In this document: positions 6,735 through 15,180 of the stretch, one piece after another
Layout of the letters: each line of letters starts with the position of its first letter
Position numbering within the stretch: position 1 is the stretch's first letter
Assembly (NCBI GenBank): GCA_038999215.1
Contig: JAWABM010000007.1
Location: forward strand, 9,580 to 32,992
Source: Candidatus Aenigmatarchaeota archaeon
GTDB taxonomy: Archaea > Aenigmatarchaeota > Aenigmatarchaeia > Aenigmatarchaeales > JACQIB01
Direction of reading: 5' to 3'
DNA: 23,413 bases
Program-made: the position numbers and the translations under genes
The notes under the pieces: model-generated
What the model saw: the letters and a program-made list of their open reading frames with translations, nothing else
Database searches by the model: none
What the model was told of the DNA's origin: nothing

Positions 6735-7985
6735 ATGAATTTCTACGGCCAGTGCGCGAGGTGCAAGGGAAGAGGGTGGTGCGGGAAGGAAAGATGCCCG
6801 CTGCTGGTGAAGTTCTACATAAAGCAGCGCGCGGACCAGAAGCTCTCCAGGGAGATGCGTGGCTCGTCCCCGCCAGGCGTCTTCATCGGCCGCTTCGGCT
6901 GGCCGAAGGTCAGCATCGGGCCGCTGGTCCCGCCTGTGCTGGGGGACACGGCTGTGATGGACACGCCCGAGATGTGGCTCGGCCGCTCCATCGACGAGAT
7001 AGCGGACTTCCGCTTCTCGCTGGTGCGCGGCAAGAGCATAGCTGATGTAAACGCTCCGGGCAGGATAGATTCTGGAAGGAGCGTGCAGAACGAGAGGCTG
7101 GTATCGGACGTGAGGGAGCTGGCGCTTGCCTCGAACCCTTCTGACGTTGACGTAATATTCATGAAAAAGCCGGCAGGCAGCATAGCCCTGAGCGACGACG
7201 TGCAGCCGTTCGGTCCGTCGGCCCCGCTGGAGAAGATGGACCTTCCCGAGCTGAAAATAGACAACAGGCTCGAACGCTGCCACAGCGACACCGACCTGAA
7301 GGCGCGGGACGCCGTTCTCATGCTGTACGAAAAAGGCGTGCCGATATCCAAAATACAGAAGTCTTTTTCTGTCGGGGCGTTCGGCATAGGCAAGAACAGG
7401 AGGTTCGTGCCAACGCGGTGGTCGATAACAGCCGTGGACAGCACGATAGGCGAGGCAATGATGGAGCGCACGCGGACGGAACCGCTGATAAGCGAATACC
7501 GGATATACGAGACAGAGAGCCTGGACAACCGCTGGATAGTGCTCATGCTTCCGCGCGAATGGTGCTACGAGCTGATAGAGGCGTGGTACCCTAAGACCAT
7601 CTGGAACCCCACCGGGAGCAAGGTGGAGATGATGTCGGACCACGAGTTCTATGACGGCCGCAGCGAATACGCCGAGATAGGCGGCTGCTACTACGCGGCA
7701 AGGATGGCGGTCAACGAGCTGCTGACCGCCGAGCGAAGGCAGGCAGGGGCGGTGGTGCTCAGGGAGGCGCATGCCGGCTACATAATGCCCGTTGGCGTGT
7801 GGAATGTGCGGGAGAACGTCCGGCAGGCCTTGAAGGGAAAGCCACTTAAGTTCGCGTCGCTCGGCGAAGCGCTCGAGCACGTGAGGAAGAGGATGGACAT
7901 ACCCGTCAGCGACTGGATACGGCACAGCGCGGTGCTCCAGGACACAATAAAACAGAGGAAGATAACGGATTTCGTGATGAGATGA
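6735..7985 (+). CDS. nreA: Archaeal DNA repair protein Nre (PCNA-interacting)
   Basis: N-terminal CARCKGRGWCGKERCP, GSSPPGVFIGRFGWPKV.IGPL, RRFVPTRWSITAVD, GGCYYAAR, YIMPVGVWNVRENVR and a C-terminal PIP box QRKITDF. Confidence 0.93.
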   Translation: MNFYGQCARCKGRGWCGKERCPLLVKFYIKQRADQKLSREMRGSSPPGVFIGRFGWPKVSIGPLVPPVLGDTAVMDTPEMWLGRSIDEIADFRFSLVRGKSIADVNAPGRIDSGRSVQNERLVSDVRELALASNPSDVDVIFMKKPAGSIALSDDVQPFGPSAPLEKMDLPELKIDNRLERCHSDTDLKARDAVLMLYEKGVPISKIQKSFSVGAFGIGKNRRFVPTRWSITAVDSTIGEAMMERTRTEPLISEYRIYETESLDNRWIVLMLPREWCYELIEAWYPKTIWNPTGSKVEMMSDHEFYDGRSEYAEIGGCYYAARMAVNELLTAERRQAGAVVLREAHAGYIMPVGVWNVRENVRQALKGKPLKFASLGEALEHVRKRMDIPVSDWIRHSAVLQDTIKQRKITDFVMR

Positions 7986-8719
7986 TCGTGAAAGAAGTGC
8001 ATGCGAAGAGCGTATTGAGCAAGAGCGGGCTGCCGGGGCTGGAGTACTCGCTCAACCCGTACAGGGGCTGCGGGCACGCGTGCACATACTGCTACGCGCC
8101 GTCGGTCCTGAGAGAGAAGAGGGAATGGGGCACGTTCGTCGATGTGAAAGCGAACGCGGCGGAAGTGCTCGAGAAGGAGCTGAAGAAGAACATGAAGGGG
8201 CTTGTGGGAATCGGTACTGTGACCGACCCTTATCAGCCGGCCGAGGCGAAGCACGAGATAACAAGGAAGTGCCTGCGGGCGCTGCTCGCATATGACTGGC
8301 CGGTGTCCATACAGACCAAGTCGGCGCTCGTCCTGCGGGACCTCCCGCTGATAAAGAAGTTCAGCAGCATAGAAGTAGGATTCACTGTGATAACCACGGA
8401 CGACAGGCAGCGCAGGAAGTACGAGCCGTGCGCATCGCCCATACAGGCAAGGTTCGACAGCCTGCGCGCTCTCAGGGAGAACGGCATAAAGACCTGGATA
8501 TTCATAGGCCCTATAATCCCCGGCGTATCGGACGCCGAGGCGATACTGAAGAAGGCGAAGGAGCTGGAAGTAGGCTGGGTGATGATAGACAAGCTCAGGC
8601 TCAAGCCCGGGCTCGGCGAGTTGAAGGAACTCGTGAAGGGCTACGACTGGGAGGCGGAAAAACAAAACATAATGGATACGGCGGCAAAGCTGAGGGTGAA
8701 ATGCCTGCCGGCTTTCTAG
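7982..8719 (+). CDS. Radical SAM protein, SplB/COG1533 (spore photoproduct lyase-like) family
   Basis: YSLNPYRGCGHACTYCYA (CxxxCxxC), TVTDPYQPAE, QTKSALVLRD and YEPCASP. ATGA overlap with the nre stop. Confidence 0.88.
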   Translation: MIVKEVHAKSVLSKSGLPGLEYSLNPYRGCGHACTYCYAPSVLREKREWGTFVDVKANAAEVLEKELKKNMKGLVGIGTVTDPYQPAEAKHEITRKCLRALLAYDWPVSIQTKSALVLRDLPLIKKFSSIEVGFTVITTDDRQRRKYEPCASPIQARFDSLRALRENGIKTWIFIGPIIPGVSDAEAILKKAKELEVGWVMIDKLRLKPGLGELKELVKGYDWEAEKQNIMDTAAKLRVKCLPAF

Positions 8720-8733
8720 GAAAAGCTTAAAAT
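8720..8733 (+). promoter_or_regulatory. Putative BRE/TATA for the MFS gene
   Basis: Purine-rich GAAAAG followed by CTTAAAAT, about 23-28 nt upstream of ATG 8755. Confidence 0.4.
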
Positions 8734-8754
8734 TGCGCCCGGCAATATCCTTTC

Positions 8755-10143
8755 ATGGCGGCGCTTTCAAGGTCGGAGCTCAAGAGGGGCATGAGGAACT
8801 CCATAAGGGAGGGCATGCTCTCGGACGCTGGCTCGTCGATGCGCTCGAGCGACTTCATCACGGCCTTCGCTCTCTTCCTCGGCGCGGGCGCCGAGATAAT
8901 AGGAATAGCCAGCGCGCTGCCGAGGTTGTTCAGGATATTCTCGCTGCTGTTCACAGGCAGGATAATGGGCATGTTCAAGAGCCTTAAAAAGGCCACGACA
9001 TTGTTCGCCATCCTCTCGAGGGCGGTCTGGCTGCCGGTGCTGTTCGTGCCCTACATAGGGGCGCACGCGCTGCTGGCGCTGATACTGATGACATGCGCGG
9101 CAGCAGCGTTCTCCGAGGTGAGCGGGGCGATATGGACCTCCTGGATGTGCGACCTGGTGCCGGAGAAGGCCAGGGGAAGGTACTTCGGCAGGAGGAACAT
9201 GATGACCATAGGGGCGTCGACAGCGGCCACCATGCTGGCCGGCTGGGTGCTCGGGCTGTACAACTCGGCCGAGGGCTTCATCCTGGTGTTCGGGGCCTCG
9301 ATAGCGCTCTCCCTGGCGTCGAACTACTTCCTCAGCAAGGTGCCGGACGTCGAGGACAGGGAATGCTTCCAGAAGGTGAGGTTCAGCATGAAGAGGTTCG
9401 CAAGAGGCATAACCGAGCACAAGAACTACTCGAACTACGTGGTGCTGATGACGCTGCTCTACTTCTCCACCTCCCTGGTCGGGCCGTTCTTCGCCGTGCG
9501 CATGCTCCGCGACCTCGGGTTCGGGTACTTCTGGTTTTCGGCGGTGATAGCATCCGAGATATTGACCATGATGTTCGCCGAGCCCTACTGGGGGAGGATG
9601 AGCGACAGGTTCGGCGACAGGACAATAATGAAGCTCTCCTACATGATGATACCGGTAGTCCCGCTCCTGTGGATATTCGTGACCCAGCCCTGGCAGGGGA
9701 TGGCCATAGGCGTGCTCTCGGGCTTCGCCTGGGCGGGCTTCGAGATATCGAGCTTCAACTACCTGCTGGCCTGCGCGCCGAAGAAGGGCCAGCCCGTGTT
9801 CATAGCGAACTACAAGGTGTTCTTCAACGTCGGCACGTTCCTCGGGCCGATTGCAGGAGGCCTGATGCTGGTGATGCTGGGCAGCGCGGAGTTCCTGGCG
9901 CTGAGCGGGATACAGATGCTGTTCCTAACTTCGTTCGCCCTGAGGGCGCTCTTCGCCGGCCTCACGCTGCCGAGGATAGGCGAGGTGAGGGTCCGGAGCA
10001 GCAAGCCTTTCCTGCAGCTGTTCATCAACTCGCTCACGATCTATCCCGCGTCGAGCGTCAGGCATGAGCTCGTTTACGTGGGCCGCTGCATGCACTGCTG
10101 GGAGAAGAAGGTGTTCAAAGGGGTCAGGGGCGCGGTCATTTAG
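8755..10143 (+). CDS. MFS transporter
   Basis: About 12 hydrophobic segments, W.SWMCDLVPEKARGRYFGRR, and MFS motif A in the second half (WGRMSDRFGDR). Confidence 0.9.
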   Translation: MAALSRSELKRGMRNSIREGMLSDAGSSMRSSDFITAFALFLGAGAEIIGIASALPRLFRIFSLLFTGRIMGMFKSLKKATTLFAILSRAVWLPVLFVPYIGAHALLALILMTCAAAAFSEVSGAIWTSWMCDLVPEKARGRYFGRRNMMTIGASTAATMLAGWVLGLYNSAEGFILVFGASIALSLASNYFLSKVPDVEDRECFQKVRFSMKRFARGITEHKNYSNYVVLMTLLYFSTSLVGPFFAVRMLRDLGFGYFWFSAVIASEILTMMFAEPYWGRMSDRFGDRTIMKLSYMMIPVVPLLWIFVTQPWQGMAIGVLSGFAWAGFEISSFNYLLACAPKKGQPVFIANYKVFFNVGTFLGPIAGGLMLVMLGSAEFLALSGIQMLFLTSFALRALFAGLTLPRIGEVRVRSSKPFLQLFINSLTIYPASSVRHELVYVGRCMHCWEKKVFKGVRGAVI

Positions 10144-11332
10144 CCGCGCTGGCTATCTCTATCACGTCGCGGTGCTTCAGCCTGTGCTCCCTGCCGACGC
10201 GTATCTTCGAACGCACGTCTATCGCGAAAAGGAAATTCTTCGCGAAATCCTCGTGTATCTTCCTTGCGAAGTCAAGCGCGGTCGAGCCGGGCGGAAGAAG
10301 GAAGCAGTCAGGAAGCACGTTGCCTTCCTTGTCCGCGAGCTTCGTCACTCCGCCGGGGAATACGGCCATGTACTTGAGCAGGCCGAAGACTGCGGCTTCG
10401 AGCGCCTCCTGCACTCCGGTGCTGCCGAGTTTCTGGAGCACGTTCTTCCTTATGTACTCCAGCGCCCCCCTTTGCTTTTCGTTCAGCGCTTCCGGCCTGA
10501 GAATCCTGAAGTCCTTGTCACCAGGCATGTAGTCTATAAGGCCTTTCTTCGCTGCCTCCTTGAGCGCGATTTCCGCGTCGCCGGAGCAGGGCACGAAGAT
10601 GTAATCCGGGAACTGCTTTTTGAGGCGCTCGTAGTTCTCGAAAGCGCCCGGCAGGTCCATCTTGTTGCAGGCGATGAGCATCGGCTTTGTAGCGCGGCGC
10701 AGCTCTACCGCGAGCGCCTTCATCTGCGTTTCGCTCCATTCCGCGGGCCTGTCCTTGCTGAGGCCGAGCTTCCCTATGCTCGCCTCCACTATCGGCTCTG
10801 TGACCCGGAACGCGCCAAGCTGCTTTGCGAGAGCCTCCTCGATGTTCAGCTTGCTTGACTGGACCTGGCGCGCGAACTTCTCCCAACCCTTCCTAAGTAT
10901 GCTGAGGTACCATAGGTCTATCTCCTCCTCGAGGAAGCGGACGTCCTTCGCAGGGTCGTAGCCTTCCGTGGCCTCGCCCTTCTCGTTTACCGTTCCGGAC
11001 GCGTCGACGATGTGTATCAGGGCGTCGGCGCGGTTGAGGTCGTTAAGGAACTGGTTTCCGAGGCCCTTGCCCTCATGCGCACCGGGCACCAGCCCGGCGA
11101 CATCCATCAGCTCCACGGGAACGAAGCGCGTGCCGTTCCTGCACCAGCCGAAGCGGGGGTTGCACTGGACCTTGAACTCCCTGTCGACGCACTCGACGCG
11201 CACGAAGCCCATGCCGTGGTTCGGCTTTATGGTCGTGAAGGGATATGCCGCGATGGCGACGTCTATGGAGGTGGCCGCCTTGAAGAAGGTAGACTTGCCG
11301 CATGACGGCTTCCCTACTATCCCTATGAGCAT
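10136..11332 (-). CDS. ychF: Obg-family translation-associated GTPase/ATPase YchF (archaeal type) with TGS domain
   Basis: G1 GKPSCGKST, YPFTTIKPN, DVAGLVPGAHEGKGLGNQFL, G4 NKMD and C-terminal TGS (GSTALDFARKIH...LKHRDVI). Confidence 0.93.
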   Translation of the reverse strand: MLIGIVGKPSCGKSTFFKAATSIDVAIAAYPFTTIKPNHGMGFVRVECVDREFKVQCNPRFGWCRNGTRFVPVELMDVAGLVPGAHEGKGLGNQFLNDLNRADALIHIVDASGTVNEKGEATEGYDPAKDVRFLEEEIDLWYLSILRKGWEKFARQVQSSKLNIEEALAKQLGAFRVTEPIVEASIGKLGLSKDRPAEWSETQMKALAVELRRATKPMLIACNKMDLPGAFENYERLKKQFPDYIFVPCSGDAEIALKEAAKKGLIDYMPGDKDFRILRPEALNEKQRGALEYIRKNVLQKLGSTGVQEALEAAVFGLLKYMAVFPGGVTKLADKEGNVLPDCFLLPPGSTALDFARKIHEDFAKNFLFAIDVRSKIRVGREHRLKHRDVIEIASAAK

Positions 11333-11347
11333 TCATTTCCCCCTCTT

Positions 11348-12079
11348 TCAGCCTATACCCTTCGGTTCCTGTCCGCCTGCAGGCGCGGGCGCAGGCGATC
11401 GCGCCGCTTCAGCGGGCGGCGCAAGGGTTATCTCCACCCTCTCCTTGCCCTTGCCAAGGCCGACGCGCTTCAGTTTGACCCCCCCTATCTCCTTCGTGTT
11501 CTTCACATGCAGGCCGCAGCAGGGCATCTTCATGACCTTCATGTCGGTCAGATGCTCTCCGAACACGAACTTCCACCAGCGCTTCCCCTTCTCATCCGGG
11601 TCGTCGTACACGCTTATCGCAAGGTCCTTGGAAATATGATAGTTGACAACGTCTTCCGTTTCCTTGAGAAACGGCTTTATGCTTTCCGGATATTCGAAGT
11701 CTATCCTCGCCTTTCTTGGCGAGACGTTCGAGCCTATGATCTTCGTGTCCTTCATCTTCGGCCCGAGGAACCCGAATACGAGGTGCGCGGCGGCGTGCAG
11801 CTTCATTATCGCGTAGCGCTTCTCCCAATCGAGCTCCAGCTTCACCTTGTCGCCCACGGAGAAGCCCGGCTCCCTCTCGAGCACGTGCCTTATGTCCTCC
11901 CCGTCCTTCTCGACCGCCGCGAGCGGTATTCCGCTTATCTTCCCGGAGTCGCTTTCCTGGCCTCCGGAAAAGGCGAAGAAGAGAGTCCTGTCGAGCCAGA
12001 CGGACGCGCCTTCTATCTTGGTCACCTTGGCTTCGGCCTCCTTCATGTACGGGTCAGCGTAGAACAGCTTTTCAACCAT
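11348..12079 (-). CDS. alaX: Alanyl-tRNA editing protein AlaX (AlaX-M type)
   Basis: KLFYADPY, LDRTLFFAFSGGQESDSG, LDWEKRYAIMKLHAAAH (HxxxH) and MPCCGLHVKNTKEIG (CxxxH zinc ligands). Confidence 0.92.
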   Translation of the reverse strand: MVEKLFYADPYMKEAEAKVTKIEGASVWLDRTLFFAFSGGQESDSGKISGIPLAAVEKDGEDIRHVLEREPGFSVGDKVKLELDWEKRYAIMKLHAAAHLVFGFLGPKMKDTKIIGSNVSPRKARIDFEYPESIKPFLKETEDVVNYHISKDLAISVYDDPDEKGKRWWKFVFGEHLTDMKVMKMPCCGLHVKNTKEIGGVKLKRVGLGKGKERVEITLAPPAEAARSPAPAPAGGQEPKGIG

Positions 12080-12101
12080 GCAATCAACTCCGGATTCAAT
12101 C

Positions 12102-12110
12102 TTTATATAA
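12102..12110. promoter_or_regulatory. Bidirectional TATA box shared by alaX and the NusA-like gene
   Basis: TTTATATAA occupies -31..-23 from ATG 12133 (+). Its complement TTATATAAA occupies -31..-23 from ATG 12079 (-). Confidence 0.65.
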
Positions 12111-12132
12111 CTTTTTCGGATATATATTAAAC

Positions 12133-12630
12133 ATGCAGACGCCCATTTGCGAGATATGCCTGAACTCCGACATCCTCTGCGGAGGGTGCCAGAAGAAGCT
12201 CGAGGAGGGAAAAATAACCAGCGACGAGGTCGAGATATCCAGGATGCTCTTCGGGATGAGCGAGAAGACCAAAAGCCTGAAGGACGCGAAGCTCAAGAAG
12301 GCCATGAACACCGAAGTGCTGCTCCTCATAGCAGGCAAGGGCGACGGAGCCAAGCTCGTTGGCAAGGCCGGCGCGGTGGTCAAGGCGCTCGCAAAGAAGT
12401 ACGAGAAGCCCATCCGCGTCCTGGAGGAGTCGGACATAAGGACGTTCATCACGAACATGCTGCAGCCCGTCCCGATAGAGGGTATAAACACCGTGTTCGC
12501 CGGCGGCAAGGAGACCTTCAAGGTAAGGCTGCCGCTGAACCAGAAGAACAGGCTGCTCTTTTCTGAGGAGACCTTCAAGAAGGTCGTGAGCGAAGTATAC
12601 GGCAGGCAGGCCGAGTTGGTTTTCGAATAA
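12133..12630 (+). CDS. NusA-like KH-domain protein with N-terminal Cys4 motif (archaeal NusA paralog family)
   Basis: MQTPICEICLNSDILCGGCQKKLEEG, KH GxxG loop (LVGKAGAVVKAL), IRVLEE and LQPVPIEGINTVF. Confidence 0.82.
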   Translation: MQTPICEICLNSDILCGGCQKKLEEGKITSDEVEISRMLFGMSEKTKSLKDAKLKKAMNTEVLLLIAGKGDGAKLVGKAGAVVKALAKKYEKPIRVLEESDIRTFITNMLQPVPIEGINTVFAGGKETFKVRLPLNQKNRLLFSEETFKKVVSEVYGRQAELVFE

Positions 12631-12661
12631 AATCTATATATGAAGGAACTGAAGATTAGTT

Positions 12662-14413
12662 ATGCGAATAGCTGTAGTCGACAAGAAGCTGTGCAGGCCG
12701 GACAAGTGCTCGCTCGAGTGCGTGAACGTGTGCCCGCGCAACCGCGCAGGCGACAAGTGCGTGTGGGCGGAGGGCAGCGCCCGCATCGACGAGAACATCT
12801 GCATAGGCTGCGGGCTGTGCGTGAAGAAGTGCCCTTTCGGCGCAATATCGGTGATCAACACGCCGGAGCAGCTCAGGGAAAAGCCGGTGCACCGCTTCGG
12901 CCGGAACGGCTTCGCGCTGTTCAGGCTGCCCTATCCTGTGAAGGGCGAAGTAGTCGGGCTGCTCGGCCCGAACGGCGTGGGAAAGACCACGTCGCTGCAT
13001 ATCCTGAGCGGCGAAATAAAACCGAACCTCGGCACGGACGCTGCGGCGGGCATGAAGGAGCTCATATCGATATTCCGCGGCACGGAGATGCAGGCCTACC
13101 TGGAGGAGCTCGAAAGAAAAAAGATAAAGGCCGTCGTGAAGCCGCAGGTCATAGACATACTTTCCAATGTGAAGGGCACCGTCCGCGACGTGCTGAAGAA
13201 GCACGACGAGCGCGGGCTAATGGATGAGATTGCAAAGAGGCTCGGGCTCGAGCAGATACTCGACAGGGAGCTCTCGAAACTGTCCGGCGGGGAGCTGCAG
13301 CGCGTGGCGATAGCCATCGCAGCGAACAGGAAGGCGGACATCTACTACATAGACGAGCCCAGCTCGTACCTGGACGTGTTCCAGAGGATGCAGGCGGCAA
13401 AGCTGCTGAGAGAACTGGCGAAGGAGGCGTCGGTCGTGGTGGTGGAGCACGACCTGGCTACGCTAGATTTCCTTGCGGACAGGGTGCACATCTACTACGG
13501 AGCGCCCGGCGTTTTCGGCGTGGTCTCGAAGCCGTACTCGACGCGCGTCGGGATAAACGCGTTCCTAGACGGCTACATCAAGGAGGACAATGTCAGGATA
13601 AGGAGCGAGCCGATACACTTCGGCTCGGCCAAGCTGGAGACAGGCGCGAAGGGCAAGGTGTTCGCGGAATGGGGGGCGCTGGAGAAGGGCTTCAAGGGCT
13701 TCGCCCTGAGGGTTTCAGCGGGCAGCGTGAGGGAGGGCGAGATAATAGGCGTGCTCGGAGGCAATGCGCTCGGAAAGACGACGTTCGCGCGCATGCTCGC
13801 AGGCGAGATAAGGCCCGACAAGGGCGAGATAAAAGAGTCCGTGAAGATATCGTACAAGCCGCAGTACATCTCGAACGATTTCGACGGCACTGTCACGGAG
13901 CTGCTATCCACGGCGAAGAAGAACGTGCTGAGCGAGGAGTACAGGGCGGAGATACTGAGGCCGCTGCAGATAGAGCGCGTGCTCGAGCAGCCGGTCAAGA
14001 GCCTCTCGGGCGGGGAGCTGCAGCGCGTTGCAATAGCGCTCTGCCTCAGCCGCGAGGCGGACCTGTACCTGCTGGACGAGCCGTCGGCGTTCCTTGACTC
14101 GGAGCAGCGCCTGGCCGCAGCCAGGACGATAAGGAAGTTCTGCGAGCTCAAGGGATGCTCCGGGATGGTGATAGACCACGACCTGCTGTTCCTCTCGTAC
14201 GTCTCGGACAGGGCTATGGTGTTCAGCGGAAAGCCGAGCGTCTCCGGTGAAGCCAGCCAAATGGGCCTGCAGGAAGGGTTCAACGCGTTCCTGAAGGAGG
14301 CGGGCGTCACTTTCAGGAAGGACCCGCAGACCAACAGGCCGAGGGCCAACAAGCCGGGCTCTCAGAAGGACGACGAGCAGAAGGCGGAAGGGAAGTACTT
14401 CTACGCGGAGTGA
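12662..14413 (+). CDS. rli: Ribosome recycling ATPase ABCE1/Rli1
   Basis: N-terminal 2x[4Fe-4S] Cys motifs (CRPDKCSLECVNVCP...CIGCGLCVKKCPF) and two ABC domains (GPNGVGKTT, GGNALGKTT, two LSGGELQR, DEPS). C-terminal TFRKDPQTNRPRANKPGSQKD. TATATA at 12635-12640 upstream. Confidence 0.97.
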   Translation: MRIAVVDKKLCRPDKCSLECVNVCPRNRAGDKCVWAEGSARIDENICIGCGLCVKKCPFGAISVINTPEQLREKPVHRFGRNGFALFRLPYPVKGEVVGLLGPNGVGKTTSLHILSGEIKPNLGTDAAAGMKELISIFRGTEMQAYLEELERKKIKAVVKPQVIDILSNVKGTVRDVLKKHDERGLMDEIAKRLGLEQILDRELSKLSGGELQRVAIAIAANRKADIYYIDEPSSYLDVFQRMQAAKLLRELAKEASVVVVEHDLATLDFLADRVHIYYGAPGVFGVVSKPYSTRVGINAFLDGYIKEDNVRIRSEPIHFGSAKLETGAKGKVFAEWGALEKGFKGFALRVSAGSVREGEIIGVLGGNALGKTTFARMLAGEIRPDKGEIKESVKISYKPQYISNDFDGTVTELLSTAKKNVLSEEYRAEILRPLQIERVLEQPVKSLSGGELQRVAIALCLSREADLYLLDEPSAFLDSEQRLAAARTIRKFCELKGCSGMVIDHDLLFLSYVSDRAMVFSGKPSVSGEASQMGLQEGFNAFLKEAGVTFRKDPQTNRPRANKPGSQKDDEQKAEGKYFYAE

Positions 14414-14428
14414 GCGCATGATAAGGCT

Positions 14429-15175
14429 CTAATGGCCGACGCTTCCGTACTTCTTGAGTCCGAACTTCCAGAAGCGGTGGGCTATGAAGACCATCACGCA
14501 GGCCACGAGCGGAGTGGCGTACGCGAGCCCCATGTTCATGCCCCTGCCCAGAAATATCTCCGCGGGATAGTAGCTGATGAACGCTATGGGGAAGAAGAAC
14601 GTGAGGGCCCTCGCAACGAGGGGGTTGAATATGTCCAGCGGGTACTTGGCGAGCTCGGTGGTGCTGAAGAACAGGTTCGAGAACGCCCTGGCCCTCGTGA
14701 AGTGGAAGCTCATCGAGGCGAAGATGGTGTTGAGCGCCGTGAATATCACGACAGAGCTCGCGACCATCACGGCGAACAGCAGCGCCAAGGGAAGGGTCCA
14801 GGCGATGGCCAGCTGGGAGGAGGAGTAAACCAGCAGCAGCGAGCCTATGGCAAGGTCGCCGAAGCCGTCAAGGTCGAAGCCGCTGTAGAGCAGCTGGGTT
14901 ATGGTGCTCATGGGCTTGAGCATCATCCTGTCGAAGTCGCCGGACCACACGGTCTGCTCGACTGACCAGGGCGTCATCCTCTGGAAGAGCACGTGCCACA
15001 GGCCCATGGAGAACGTCATGAAGCCGACTATGAACAGCACCTGGTACAGCGACCAGCCGTTTATCTCGGGAACATGCAGGAATATCACGAAGAACATGAG
15101 CACGGCGACGAAGAAAAGATAATCTGCAGGAACTGCGGGTTCGAGTTTTAATCCACCATGCACCTTTCCTTCCAT
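14429..15175 (-). CDS. ABC-2 type permease (DUF990/ABC2_membrane_6-like), probably 5'-truncated; start uncertain
   Basis: VPEINGWSLYQV, SGDFDRMMLKPM, KYPLDIF..V...LTFFFPIAFISYYPA and FWKFGLKKYGSVGH are characteristic of the family. The N-terminus (MEGKVHGGLKLEPAVPAD) is not family-like. Confidence 0.75.
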   Translation of the reverse strand: MEGKVHGGLKLEPAVPADYLFFVAVLMFFVIFLHVPEINGWSLYQVLFIVGFMTFSMGLWHVLFQRMTPWSVEQTVWSGDFDRMMLKPMSTITQLLYSGFDLDGFGDLAIGSLLLVYSSSQLAIAWTLPLALLFAVMVASSVVIFTALNTIFASMSFHFTRARAFSNLFFSTTELAKYPLDIFNPLVARALTFFFPIAFISYYPAEIFLGRGMNMGLAYATPLVACVMVFIAHRFWKFGLKKYGSVGH

Positions 15176-15180
15176 TTCAG

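Noticed and set aside
13275..14045. Repeated DNA GGCGGGGAGCTGCAGCGCGT at about 13285 and 14008
   Set aside because: It encodes the two LSGGELQRV ABC signature motifs of ABCE1, so it is not an independent repeat element.
12662..15175. ABCE1 as the ATPase partner of the adjacent ABC-2 permease
   Set aside because: ABCE1 is a soluble Fe-S ribosome-recycling factor, and the two genes are convergent.
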